A stretch of DNA of 64,000 nt, from the NCBI RefSeq assembly GCF_009914755.1, contig NC_060934.1; one strand, given 5' to 3'. Below are positions 29,498-45,193 of the stretch, piece after piece. The position numbers and the translations under genes are program-made. The DNA comes from the human T2T-CHM13v2.0 reference genome, Homo sapiens. Each line of letters starts with the position of its first letter. Within the stretch, counting starts at the first letter, position 1. Below the pieces are notes generated by a model. It had not been told where the DNA came from. It saw nothing but the letters and a program-made list of their open reading frames with translations, and did not search any database.

Positions 29498-30375
29498 TTG
29501 TGCGTCCACACAAAGACAACTAGGAGAGGATCCAGAAGAAATGGACCATTTTATTTGTTTACACAGCTGAGGAGTGGATACTGTGCAGTGGGGGTTACTT
29601 TCCCTCTTGTTCTTATGCTTGCAAGTTCCCATCTGAGCTTTACCAAAGCCTAACCTTCTGCTTGGTCTTAGAACTCCTCCACCATGAATCAGTAAGGCCA
29701 CCAGGACCCTCCTCCAGGGCCTGGGTGCTTTTTGGAGCCAAGGAGAGAAGAATACTAACTGGAGAGTGTCCTTACCCCATGTTGGCCACTTATTCCTGGA
29801 TGTGAACTGGATGTTCAGTCTTGTCCGTGTCTTAACATTGTTAAGATTCCTGGGGTGCGTTGACACAGAGTCTATGTCTGTGTCTGAGCAGACCCTTCAT
29901 ACTGTGATGAGCATGGCCAGAAATTAGTACCAGCGGACTGGCCCAGCATTGAAGAATGAGGTGGCAGTGTTTGCAGGGCGCTTGACTTTCTCCCACTTCA
30001 GGTTTTTGATGAGGGTCTCTTGTGTTCTGGGCCTTTCCTCTCACCCATCACAAGTTCCCTGGCCTTCTTGTTTTCATGAGGATTTGCTCTCTTGGCTGAG
30101 CAGCAGATCCAGGCTAAGTGAAGAACTCCTGGAAACAGGTTCAGCCCTTGGTGCAGTCACTTCCTCACGTTTCCTTTAGAGCTGTAGCAGACTTAGGCTG
30201 TGACATTTCATGTCCATTTTCCACAAAGGAATGAAGAATTAGAGAGAGATCATTTCACTAGAGTAGTTTGATAGAACCTGTGGATGGCAGGTAACTTGCT
30301 CAAGAGGTTCATTGACTTGCTATGGTGATGAGTTTTAACCTAATTAGCTAATTTAAGTCCATACCTCAGAAGAAT

Positions 30376-30486
30376 GTTCATTCATGAAAAATATTTGCAT
30401 CTAATGTGTGCCAGGCCACTGGAGAATTCATCAGTGAGCAAAACAGACAAAAATCCCTTGCTCTCACCAAGCTTAAATTCTAGTGA
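30376..30486 (-). mobile_element. L2 3'-end fragment
   Basis: ttcattcat...atatttg...tgtgccagg...gtgagcaaaacagacaaaaatccct...ttctagtg. Confidence 0.65.
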
Positions 30487-30588
30487 TATTTTAATATTAA
30501 TTTTTAATATTTAAATTCTAGTGATACTGACTTATAAACACCCCGTTCCCAAACTGAGTTAGGTTTCCAGTGTAGTCCAGGAGTTAGA

Positions 30589-31346
<758 letters not shown>

Positions 31347-31782
31347 CTGGCCGTCATTTTTAATCAGGGTTGTGATTTTCAACCTATTGAAGTTTGAGAA
31401 TTGCTGCCTTAGAGTCTTCTGAAACCAATCAATTGATCATTTATTGGCTGTCCCAGTCATTTTCACTAGCCAAATAAAAAGTGAGGGCTGGCTAAGTACT
31501 ACATTGGGATAATATTTTCTTATTTTGAATGAGAAATTGGACTGCCCTTATGTTCCAGTGAGTTTTTGAGGCCTTTATTTTCCCATTCTTATGTGAAGAC
31601 AGCCAGATACTTTTGCAAAGCTTGAGAAAAAGCATTTGTTTATGGAAGAGTAGCTTGGACAATAAGGTGCTTAGACTTTGGGGTCAGAGGCAATAACAGT
31701 AGTTAGTAATAATAGCTGCTTATGCTTATTGAATTCTCTTGAGGGATCCAGTGTTAAATGCTTTTTGTGAATTATTATTACT

Positions 31783-32069
31783 ATTTTGAGACAGGGTCTC
31801 ACTCTGTCACCCAGGCTGGAGCACAGTGGTGTGATCATAGCTCACTGCAGCCTCGACCTCCCTGGACTAAGGTGATTCTCCCACCTCAGCCTCTTGAGTA
31901 GCTGGGACTACAGGTATGCATCACCACACCTGGCTAATTTTTGCATTTTTAGTGGAGATGGGGCTTCGCCATGTTGCCCAGGCTGGTCTCTAACTCCTGA
32001 GCTCAAGCTCTCCGCCTGCCTTAGCCTCCCAAAGTGCTGGGATTACAGGCGTGATCCACCGCGCCCAGC
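31783..32069 (-). mobile_element. AluJ inserted in a MIR
   Basis: J-type gacagggtctcactctg...gatcatagctcactgcagcctcgacctcc; TSD tgtgaatt; MIR-like flank continuing to about 32230. Confidence 0.88.
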
Positions 32070-32312
32070 ATATGTGAATTCTTTATTGATTCTTCATAAC
32101 AACACAGAGGGAAATTTGAAAGGTGTAGTTACTGGTATTATCACCATTATCCTCATTTTGTAAATGAGGAAACAGATACCTGAGATATTTTGCCCAAGGC
32201 CAATTAGGATTCAAACCCAGACAGTGTGACTAGAGAGAGATTGTCCTACATAGGCTTATGGTAACTATTGCCTGCTCAAAGTAATGCTCACAGTGGTCTA
32301 GGGGTTCCCTTA

Positions 32313-33238
<926 letters not shown>

Positions 33239-33739
33239 ATACAGTCCATTTTAATAGGCAAGGAAACAGGTGCATGGAGGTGAATGGGTTGGTCCCAGTT
33301 CTTACCACTTGGTGGACACGGGACAAGACAAGAATCCAGGAGTCCAGTGCAGCTATCTTTCAACACGGCTTTCTTTCTATCTTTCCAGGAGAGGTTATCA
33401 TCTTGTCTAAGCCAATAGCAATTGGATTACATTGGCCAGATAAAATAAAACAATCTAGTTTTACCGTTTTTACTTATATCATTTTAAAACTTATATCTGT
33501 TTTAATTATATCATTGTATTTGTACGAGTTGAGATATTTGTATCTGTTCATTCTCCACCATATTAGGGCACTTAGTTCGGAAGAGGGCTGGTGAGGATAC
33601 CAAGACAATGTCTGGTAGTCTTTAACTGGAACTACCAGAAAGAAAAAAACAACTGTCGTATCAGCCATACGTGTGCCTCTTATGGGCCACGGCAGGTGGG
33701 CCTCGAGGTCTGACCTATGGCAGTCAGCTGCTGGTATTT

Positions 33740-34041
33740 TCTTTTTTTTTGTTTTTGTTTTTGAGATGAGTCTCGCTCTGTTGCCCAGGCTGGAGTGCAG
33801 TGGCGCGATCTCGGCTCACTGCCACTTCTGCCTCCTGAGTTCAAGCAATTCTCTGCCTCAGCCTCCCGAGTGGCTGGGATTACAGGTGCCTGCCACCATG
33901 CCTGGCTAATTTTTTTGTATTTTTAGTAGAGACGGGGTTTCACCATCTTGACCAGGCTGGTCTTGAACTCCTGACCTCATGATCCACCCACCTCGGCCTC
34001 CCAAAGTGCTGGGATTACAGGCATGAACCACCGCGCCCGGC
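33740..34041 (-). mobile_element. AluS
   Basis: Antisense Alu; TSD ctgctggtattttctt. Confidence 0.92.
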
Positions 34042-34677
34042 TGTCTGCTGGTATTTTCTTAGCATAACTTCATTTTGTAAATTCTACTTTATAATATTAT
34101 TTTATAAAGTCCCTGAAAATCATGGGATTGTTTAGCTGAGCACAGAAATTTCTAAATGGGTTGTGACCAACATTTACAGGCTTATCAGGCTTAGTAGTTA
34201 ATTTGTTTCTTGAGTTTGATTTGGTTGCATGGTATCAAATCCTGATCAAACAGATAAGTGGTTGCTTCTTTTTTTTTCTTTTTCTTTTTTTTTTACTGGT
34301 TTGCCTTGAAATCTTAGCATCCACTTCAGTTAAACAGAAATGGCATTACCTGTTCCCGGGGGTTCCACCAAAACCACTGGTTGGATGGTAGTGTGTTTAA
34401 TAGTTAATGAATACTACATTGAAATGTAAAAATAAAGTTTAAAAGTAGGTACGTGTACTATATTATCTCTATATTTATATGTTATAAAAAGAAACATTCA
34501 CATCAAACATATGTGGAGTCTTTGAAGCATCTTCACAAAATCCTAGTGTTTTAAGGGGTGCAGCTAGGAAAATACTTGGTTATACCACATTCCACCCAGA
34601 TTGAGGCTCGGTCTGGAAACTGGCATGTCTGTGTCTTTGGTTAGTAGTAGGGGCTGGATGAGATAGGATGACTTAAT

Positions 34678-35228
<551 letters not shown>

Positions 35229-35314
35229 CTCAGTCTAATAGTTTAAAGCATGCATCCTACCATTGATATTATACTATATTACCTTTGCATTTTAAAGAAA
35301 CAGGTACGAGTGGA

Positions 35315-35530
35315 GGTGAATAGTTCAGTTCCTGCTTCTGGAGTCAGGTATATCTATCTGGGTTTGAGTGTCGGCTCTGCTAAGCTTCAGTTTCCTAAAT
35401 CTGTAAAATGGGGATAATGGCAGTACCTGTTTCTAGAGTTGGGAGATTAAACAAGGTAAGATATATAATGATCTGGGCAGTACGATGATACAGGGAAGCG
35501 TGCTTGATAAATGTAAGCTGCTATTTTTAC
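35315..35530 (+). mobile_element. MIR
   Basis: ctgggtttgagt...ttcagtttcct..atctgtaaaatgggataatggcagtacct. Confidence 0.72.
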
Positions 35531-37769
35531 CATTGAGGATTATGAAGTACTTGTTTGCACATTTAGAATATGCTTTATCCCAACATGCATTGTGTATTTT
35601 TTATTTCCTGTCAAGAGCATCACACATGATAAATTTGATAACTTGGACTATCTTTGCTGTGTAACAAAGATTTATGACTCCTATTCCTGTTGGTTGCTGT
35701 TTGCATTTCTCTTATGTCACTGAAAATTTTTTGCTGGGTCCTTGTTACATTTGACTAGAATATAAGCACTTCTGAAGGGCTAAGATTGTGTCTTACTCAG
35801 AGATTGTGTTTTACTCATATTTATATCCCTGTAGCACCATGCACTAATTTCCTGGGACATCGTAGGTGTACAACTAGGGGTGTGAATGTGTTTGAATATC
35901 TAATTGTGGGCAGAAAGGAAACAGTATATAAGTGAGATTGGGGTAGGTGTATATTAGAGGTAACAAAGTGTGCTTTTAGAATTTTTAAATAACAGCCCCT
36001 TTTATAATATGAAAGACCAAAAATAATTTGTTTTTGTGCTCAGCCAGGTAGTTTGAGATGAGTGTTCGACCACTTTGTCAACTTGGTGTTCTTTTCCACG
36101 TATCTTAGATTTTGATTCCAGCTCTCCATCAGTGCGTGAATTTGCACTGCTGTCTTAGAGACTATGGCATCATCCAAACAGTGGTAACTATGGTTGGACT
36201 GGTGTCTATTTCTATGACCATCTTCTGATTTTCAGAATGCTTAGAGGTTAGTTGGCTTTTAAAAGCAATATTACCTTTTTTTTTTTTTTTTAAATGTCAG
36301 GCAGCATTACCTGTCAGATCATAATATTTTCATACACTTTGACAATTGTCATTCATTCCTGCAGGGGACTTCAAAACAAATTTTAAACAAGATGTTTTCC
36401 TAATTGTGGATGGATGAGCCTGCACAGACAGATTCATTCTTTTCTCTTTCCAAACCTCGTGCCTCCCAGATTTTTGAGGTTGAGATGAAGCACCAGAATA
36501 AATAGCTTTGGTTGCAAACCAGAAATCTTCCAAGGCTTGAAAATGGATGTGTGTGATAGTAGCCCATTCTAGGGGTACTGGAAGATTCTTCTCACTAGGG
36601 CTTTGGTGAGGCTGCCCTGTAGGGAAGAAGTCTTGTGTCAACAGTTTTTAAGTTGATTCAGTAAGCATTGTTGATGATTGAAATTGAAGAATTGTGAAGA
36701 CAATTCATCTTGAGGAACAGAGAGCATAGGGTGTGAGCCAGGCTGCTGGGAGCAGACATTGACATACGGGCCGTCATCAAACTAATTGTTGTTTGAATTA
36801 CCTGTTATGATCCGATGACAAATCTGCCTTGCTCCTGCCACTGGAGCAGAAAATGTAGCTTGAACTGGCGTGATGTTAGCAAGTGTAAACTGTACTTCAA
36901 CAAGATGGATAAACCCAATTATGGGGCAGACCTGTAGAGAGAAAATCCATTTAAATCTCATAATGTTAAGCAGAGCTGTGTTTAATTCATTTGGACCAAT
37001 TTGGGAATGATGTATGAGTGTTGGTGAACATTAGTCAAAGAGGGGACCACTTGGGGGAAAGGGATGTGCCGATGCCGCAGGCCACTCGGGGGAGGCAGCT
37101 GGGGTGTCGTCTCAGCAGCCTGCACTAATGGCGGGGAAAGGCAGCAATGACCAAACGATGTACTGCCTGCTGTCGGGGAGCAGCGCTGTGTAAATAAACC
37201 AATAAGGAAAACATACGAAGCAGAAAGGAGAGGAGTTGTTTTTCCTAAATGCTATTGACAGCCCAAAACATAAAGGAAATTTGAGGTTCCCTTTCTCTAT
37301 TTCTAAACCCTGAAACCCGTATGGGCTCTGCTAAGCCTTGTAACAGGAGGCCTAGAAAAAGCTCTTGCCAGAAAGCTTAATGATGATTTGAAAGAGAGAA
37401 AGAAAAAGGACAGCTAAATTTAAATTGATATCTTGGGGCATTTGATTCTCTATTGGAAAACAGTTAAGAGGGATTATTATTTTGAAATATATGTCTTATG
37501 CATATTTGAAATGGAGTCTAGAAGGTCTTGTCTATTTAAAAATCTCCCTCTCTATTTTTTAATAGCTACTAAGTGGTGACCCAGCTTTGCACATAGTGGG
37601 TGCTGAATGTATACTGATTAGGTGAATGAAAGCATTGAACTTGAGAGGCAGTTTTCAGAGCTAGATATTGGTGTTTTCTGTACCTCAAACTCATTAGGAT
37701 GTATAAGGACCTCATATCCTAATTTCTCATAGTAGTCTTTTTTGGCTTTCATTCCCAGGAATTTTGTGA

Positions 37770-38078
37770 TTTTTTTTTTTTTTGAGACGGAGTCTTGCTC
37801 TGTCACCCAGGCTAGAGTACAGTGGTGCGATCTCGGCTCAGTGCAAGCTCTGCCTCCTGGGTTCATGCGATTCTCCTGCCTCAGCCCTCCCGAGTAGCTG
37901 GGACTACAGGCACCTGCCACCACGCCTGGCTAATTTTTTTTTTTTTTTTTTTGTATTTTTAGTAGAGATGAGGTTTCACTGTGTTAGCCAGGATGGTCTC
38001 GATCTCCTGACCTTGTGATCCACCTGTCTTGGCCTCCCAAAGTGCTGGGATTATAGGTGTGAGCCACCGCGCCCGGCC
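37770..38078 (-). mobile_element. Alu (AluY/Sc-like) with an expanded middle T tract
   Basis: Antisense Alu; TSD attttgtgattttt. Confidence 0.92.
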
Positions 38079-38118
38079 AGATTTTGTGATTTTTATATAA
38101 TAATATATGATTCCACTT

Positions 38119-38268
38119 CTTTTAAAATATACATATATATTTTTATTATACTTTAAGTTCTAGGGTACATGTGCACAACGTGCAGGTTTGTTACATATGT
38201 ATACATGTGCCATGTTGGTGTGCTGCACCCATTAACTTGTCATTTACATTAGGTATATCTCCTAATGC
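38119..38268 (-). mobile_element. Severely 5'-truncated L1PA insertion (about 150 bp of the 3' end)
   Basis: ttattatactttaagttctagggtacatgtgcacaacgtgcaggtttgttac...cattaggtatatctcctaatgc; TSD tatgattccactt (38106, 38269). Confidence 0.93.
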
Positions 38269-38740
38269 TATGATTCCACTTTTTATCCCTACTCCTACAT
38301 TGTTGGTTTTGCCAAGGATGTTCTTAGAAGACTCCAACCCTCTTTTATGTGGGGAGGAGGTGCTAAAGCCCCCTAGTGAGTTGGTATTGTTTTTTTTCTC
38401 TTTTGATTTGGGGGGTTTTCATCTTTCATGGAGTGGACTGGCCTTGGAGACTTCGCCTGTTGAAAGGAGAACTTAAAAGACTGGAGTGCATAAGGAGCTT
38501 GGCAATGGACCGCCAAGACATTCATGGTTGTGCACTCTTGCCTCAGTACCCATAAATCTAATGATTGGAAGTGCTGGGTGTAAGTGGAGGTTAAAGCCCT
38601 AGAATTTGTTTTCTGTAACTGGGGACAGTTCATTGTATGAGGTCATGGTGCACATTGAGTGCCCATTCCGGGCACATCTTTTATCCCAGAGTCAAATTCG
38701 TTAGGATTTTATACCACTTTCTGGCGTTCTCCAAGTTTCA

Positions 38741-39085
<345 letters not shown>

Positions 39086-39926
39086 ACGAAGACCTCACAG
39101 TTATGTTTCAACACTATGAATTCTGAGAATCTGAATTTTCTGATCTAGTTACCAGTAGAATGTACGTAAAATACTTTGAGAAAATTTAAATTAGCATCTC
39201 CACCAAAAAGCCCCAGCACATTTAGCCCATGATTTGACCTGCCCAATGGGAGTCTTCCAAATCATTTAAGAACAAGTAAGTACTATTAATTAAATGAACT
39301 TGGAAGAAACATATCAGGATGTGCTTCCAAATCTGAAGGTATTTGTGCTGAAAGAATCATCTGTTGTGTTCCATGAGTTTTATGGGGGACTCTGTCTGGT
39401 TTGGCTCAAAAGCATTTGTCAGGTTTATACTCCTGAGGGTGGGGTATACACAGTGTGAACTGGGCAGGCAGTGAATAAGGGAATTTCTGGAGAACAGACC
39501 CTTAAGGAAAAGAAAGCCTCCGCTTTGCGGGTTAGAATGGCCAGTGTATGTTGGGGGCAAGTCTTTTCAGGGCCTTCTGTGGTTTTTGTCCTGGTGAGCT
39601 TACTGCTTTCTGATGTAATAGCAAAGCTGAAATCTTGCAGTAATGTGCAGAGAGGAATTTTTGTCCTTTGGATTAGCTTCTAAGATATAAATATATAGCA
39701 AAAGACCCAGGGCTACTTAATTTGATACAGAAATGAAATGGTGAGTTATCTAGATAAGGGCTTGATTGATTTATGAAATGTATCAGACTCAATTCAGGAG
39801 TGTTCCGGGAGTCACGAAGTTCGGAACTAGATTCTTACCCTTAAAATCAAAAACAAACCTCCCCTGCTTCCCTCCTCCTGGTCTTAAGTCACTAGTTTTT
39901 ATTCTGGAATCCAGCGGCATTTGTTT

Positions 39927-40225
39927 CTTTTTTTTTTTTTTGAAACGGAGTCTCACTCTGTCGCCCAGCCTGGATGGAGTGCAGTGGCACGATCTTGGCT
40001 CACTGCAAGCTCCGCCTCCCGGGTTCATGCCGTTCTCCTACCTCAGCCTCCCAGTAGCTGGGACTACAGGCATCCACCACCACGCCCGGCTAATTTTTTG
40101 TATTTTTAGTAGAGACGGGGTTTCACAGTATTAGCCAGGATGGTCTCGATCTCTTGACCTCGTGATCCGCCCGCCTCAGCCTCCCAAAGTGCTGGGATTA
40201 CAGGCGTGAGCCACCATTCCCGGCC
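39927..40225 (-). mobile_element. AluY
   Basis: AluY diagnostics; TSD gcatttgtttctt. Confidence 0.92.
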
Positions 40226-41917
40226 AAAGCATTTGTTTCTTAATAATTGCTGAAGAAGCCAAGAGTTTCCTGTTAATTAAAAAGAGAAATCACTGAAGCA
40301 ATGTATAAAGACACTTTTTTCTTGAAAGAGAACTTAAAGGAAGATTTGAAAGTGTCCCTAAGCTAAGAACATTCTTACCAAACCACCAGTATGTTTTAGG
40401 CAGCCTGCTTTGCTTTGTGTTTTCTTGTCACTTGTTGCTGTTGCTACATTTTCATAATGGTGAAAGCAGATGAGAAATGTCTCCTCACAGAAGATACGAT
40501 TTGTGAAGCTGTTTCTCTCTGAAGAATTGGCACTCAGGGCTTGAATTTGAGCAAGTAAAGGGCATCAATAATGTGATGGGCCCCTTTCCTTGGAAGAGAC
40601 CCGTCCTCAAAAAAAAAAAAATAAAGAAAGAAAAAAAGGGGAAAAGCTGTGTTTTGCTTGGGTGACTTTTCAGCTTGGTTAAATTTGCCAGTTTATCTCT
40701 ATCAGAAAATAAATCCTAATACTCCTGACATGATTTTGTCATTTTAGGATCGTTTAGGAAAAGCATCAAGTTAGTTTTTGCTGATTGGGTTGGTACCTCC
40801 GCCATCCTTAACTGTTTATTTAATAGTCATAAATTGAGAGTTTGGTGTTTCCTACCACCACCCTCTTTGGAATTTTTGGTCAAGATCATCTCCAGCCACC
40901 AAGTTTGCATAGCAGTGAAAGGAGCCCGACAATGACTTAAATGTGACGGGAACCAATGATGTGACTTGTAAAAAGTACACAGAGAAAACCACATGCCACA
41001 TGCAAAGCAGATATGGTTTTGATTTCGGCCTCAGTGGTTCTCTTATCGTTTCTTTCGCCCTGAGAGTGGATTTTTATCTTTCGATCTGACTTCTGTTTTG
41101 GTCATGGTTTGTGGTTTCCTTTTGCCATCACAGCTCTTACATTTGGCTGCATGGGAACCAAAGTGACCAGGACTCCTGGTCGGTGGAAGTCTCAGGCAAG
41201 GCAGCCCCAGCATGCCAGCCCCCAGGAATATTGAGACTGCTGTGGCTTCAGAATTATTGCTCCTGTCCTGCTAACTCACAGGCTCCCCACCTGGGGATTC
41301 TTATCCCTCTGTCTTTGCTTCTTATGTAATACGTCTGTGGACTATTTTGGAAACATCTAGATGAACTTGTGATCGATCTTCCCATTCTATGTATTTCTCC
41401 TGGTTCCCTGCTTTTCTATCATCTCCTTTGGGAGGGAATATTTTTCCTCATTAACTAGTTTCCAGGTCAAAATTTCTCCATGAAGTATGAACTTTTCTCT
41501 ATCCCAGTATTTAATTTCCACCACTTTTTTTTTTAAAAAATAACATAAGGCTGAAACTTTTTAATTGGGCAGGTTACTTAATTGCTATGTGGCTCTATTT
41601 TCTCATCTGTGAAAAGCAGGTTTACTGAGAAGACTGGCCTATCACGGGGATTCATGTGAGGCTCTGTCACAGGGGCCTAGTCCAGTACCTGGCACATAAG
41701 AAAGGTTTATTGGGTTTATGACTATTCCCAGTGGGGTGTTTCTGGGCAAACTGGGATAGCTGATCACCCTAACACAGTTGTTATTAAAACTCTTGCCAAG
41801 CTTACAAGTGGTGATATATTGTGGCGCATATCTCTTTTTTTCCCCGCTTGCTTAGTACCTCATAGCGGAATCTGGACTTGAGTTATTTCTCCTGAATAAG
41901 AGTAGTCCAGAATACCC

Positions 41918-42224
41918 TTTATTTTTGTTTTCTTCTTTGAGATGGAGTCTCACTCTGTTGCCCAGACTGGAGTGCAGTGGTGCGATCTTGGCTCATTGCA
42001 GCCTCCATCCACCTCCCGGATTCAAACAATTCTCCTGCCTCAGCCTCCCGAGTAGCTGGGACTACAGGCACGCACTACCACGCCCGGCTAATTTTTGTAT
42101 TTTTAGTAGAGACAGGGTTTTGCCATGTTGGCCTGGCTGCTCTTGAACTCCTGACCTCAAGTGATCTGCCCACCTTGGCCTCCCAAAGTGCTGGGATTAC
42201 AGGTGTGAGCCACTGCCCCTGGCC
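41918..42224 (-). mobile_element. AluS
   Basis: Antisense Alu; TSD ccagaatacccttt. Confidence 0.92.
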
Positions 42225-42489
42225 CCAGAATACCCTTTGAAGAGAGTTAGGGTGAAAGAGTCCATGTTGTGATATCATTTGTCTCCCCATGGAGGGAAAC
42301 CAAAAAGCCTGGGGGTGAGATGGGACTTATAATTATTATTTAGCTTCTGATGGGCATGAAATTAGTGACAGCAAGGCAGGAATTTGTGGCCTTTTGGTTG
42401 TAACGTCTGCTCTGTTTTTGTTTTTTGTTTTTTTGTTTTTTTTTTGTCAGATTTCTGTTGCTTAATACTTCATTAAAAAAATAAATTTA

Positions 42490-42792
42490 GGCCGGGCACG
42501 GTGGCTCATGCCTGTAATCCCAGCACTTTGGGAGGCCGAGGCGGGCAGATCATGAGGTCAGGAGATCGAAACCATCCTGGCTAACACGGTGAAACCCCGT
42601 CTCTACTAAAAATACAAAAAATTAGCAGGGCATGGTGGTGGGCGCCTGTAGTCCCAGCTACTCCGGAGGCTGAGGCAGGGGAATGGTGTAAGTAAACCTG
42701 GGAGGTGGAGCTTGCAGTGAGCCGAGATCGCGCCACTGCACTCCAGCCTGGGCGACAGAGCGAGACTCTGTCTCAAATAAATAAATAAATTA
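42490..42792 (+). mobile_element. AluY
   Basis: gagatcgaaaccatcctggctaacacggtg; gagcttgcagtgagccgagatcgcg; (TAAA)n tail. Confidence 0.92.
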
Positions 42793-44214
42793 ATTAATTA
42801 ATTAAAAAGTCATCCTTTTCAGTTCTCAAATGGCAGAGGTCTGCATCCTGCCTTGCGAACCTATTAACACTCCTTTCTTTCTTTATGTGGGGTTTCCCTT
42901 GGGCCTCTGTGGTCAGGCTATTGTTTGTCTGAGTTTGTAATAAGCGTGTAACAGCCTCCAATTTGCCTCAAAGACAAGTGGTGTTAGTTGGTTACTAGGG
43001 ACAGGAGACCTTTGGAAATTGTGATTGGAAGCTAACTGTTCCAGGGTCCCTGGGTGCCTGTGTCGTATGGGAGAAGGCACTGGTGTTTCACTGCAGGTGA
43101 GTCTGTGCACACAGCATAGGTCAGCTTGTTGGAACTTTCTTGTGTGTCTCTCCTGAGGAAGCAATCAGTTAGTGGCCACGAACCCAGGCCTGTTCACACA
43201 TAAACTTAGATGACAGTGGTGCAGTAGGGAGCTTGTCCAGAATGATTTATTCTCAAGAGTGGTGAAGACATAACTTCGATTCTCCCAGTCGACTTGAAAA
43301 CAACCGTTGTTTTCTTTACACCTTCTGATTCCAGAAGGTACAGTTTAAACCTCCCTCATTTGCAGCAGGCTGAATTAAAACACAGTGCTTTGGGATCTAT
43401 TTATTGCTATCTGTCTTTAAGCTTTCAGAAGCCAAAATGAAAAGAGAAATCAGAAAGCAGTGTTGGTCAATAGACTTTCCCCCCGTACTTACCTCCTTTT
43501 GACTTGGGGAGCTGTAAAACAGTAGGTTATACCTTCCCACCCTTCCCCAGCCCCCTTCAGAAGACTTGTGTTTCAGCAGGCTTTGTGAATCAGAAAGCTA
43601 TGTTTTTGTTTTTGTTTTTTTTTGGCATTTGCCAGAACTCTATAGCTGTTCAGTGGCCTTAGGCTGCGGAAGGCCTGTTTTCCTCCCCTCCTTTACTCTA
43701 ATTTGTCCCGGGCATTCTGGCTGATGGCATGGCTTTTTAGCAAGAGCAGTGCCTTACCTCTTTAATTGGTTAGTTCCTCTAAGTGATGATTTATTCCCTA
43801 CCTATCAGAAATGTCTTAATTTACTTAATTGCATAGCCCCCCACCCCTTTTAAGTCCCCTCCCTCTAAAAAAAAATTAATACCAACAATAAAACTATTTC
43901 CCCAGGCAGTGCATTGTGAGATGAGGCATTTTTCTCTGGGGAGAACCTTGTCTTTGTGTATGGCAGTGGGGAAGAATTAATTAAGGGAGAGGATGAAGCT
44001 TAGTAATTGAAGTTAGGGGCCCAGGAGCTCTGAACACTCCTAGGTCTGCTATTAAATTATCTGGCTGCAGATAGCTGGTTCTCTGGGTCTTGGTTTGCTC
44101 ATCTGTGAAATGCCCCCACAGGATGGATGCAGTGGTAAGACCAATTAATTAGAAGCCATAAAAGTGTTGTTTTATCTGAAGTTAAGCATTTTTGTTGTGA
44201 TAAGGAGGCGTTCT

Positions 44215-44410
44215 GGGATGATGGATAAAACGCTTTGGCACTGAAGTCAGACGTAGCTGGGGACTCAAGTCAGCAGTGTCCGTTTATTGCCTGTGGGACC
44301 GCCCTGAGCCTTAGTTTTATCTATAAAATGGGGATAAAACCTCTCTCCGAGGATTAAATGGGATAACATGTACAGCGCCACAGTGCTGACACAATGGCCC
44401 ATGCTAAGGA
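44215..44410 (+). mobile_element. MIR
   Basis: ctgagccttagttttatctataaaatggggataa...gaggattaaatgggataa. Confidence 0.65.
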
Positions 44411-45154
44411 AAGAGCAACGGTGATTACTTTATTGGAAAGGAAATGATACCTGTGATCCTGGCAGGCTCTAGCTGTTGCTGGGGTACTTTGGTTCCTTTC
44501 ACTTCTAGGGAAGGCAAGTGGCTACTTTGTGGTTGGTTTTCTTGTCTTTTCAAACTTCCATCTCTTCTGGTTAAATTTCTTCTGCTTCTCAGAAGCTGTA
44601 AGAGATGAACCCTATTCTCCTTGTCAGATGGATATCAAAATAGGGCTTTCAAATGGACTTCAGGATCCTTCCATGGGAATTCATTTGCTACCCATTTTCA
44701 CTCTTATTTTAGTGACCCCCTCCCCCAAGACATATAATATATAAACACATACATTGATTTTCTTTCTTTTTTCTTGTATTACTACAAGGATCAGTTTCTT
44801 CTGGCCTAAGTCCAGAAACAACATGCCTGTCTTTTTTCATTGTTGAGGAAAAACAGTCTGAAGGCACCATAATTCCTTAAATTGGATTTCAATTCTTGAT
44901 CCCCTTATGTTCGGTAAACAGAGTGTTATATGAAACATCATTGTTTAGGAGCAAGAGGCTGGCAGCCTTGCTTTTTTTTGGGTGGAAGGGTCCTCGATTG
45001 GAGCCTCCTGGGGCGAGGCTGTGGGTGGGGTCCCCTAGAGGTGAATGCCCCCCCCTTCACTTGGGATGGAGGCATTAATCCCTTTCCAAAAAATGCTGGT
45101 AGAAGTTGGGAGGGCTGCCTGTTAGTGAGCAGAGTTTAGCTTGGAAAGAAGCCT

Positions 45155-45160
<6 letters not shown>

Positions 45161-45192
<32 letters not shown>
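45161..45192. repeat. (TG)16 microsatellite
   Basis: Seen directly. Confidence 0.93.
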
Positions 45193-45193
<1 letters not shown>

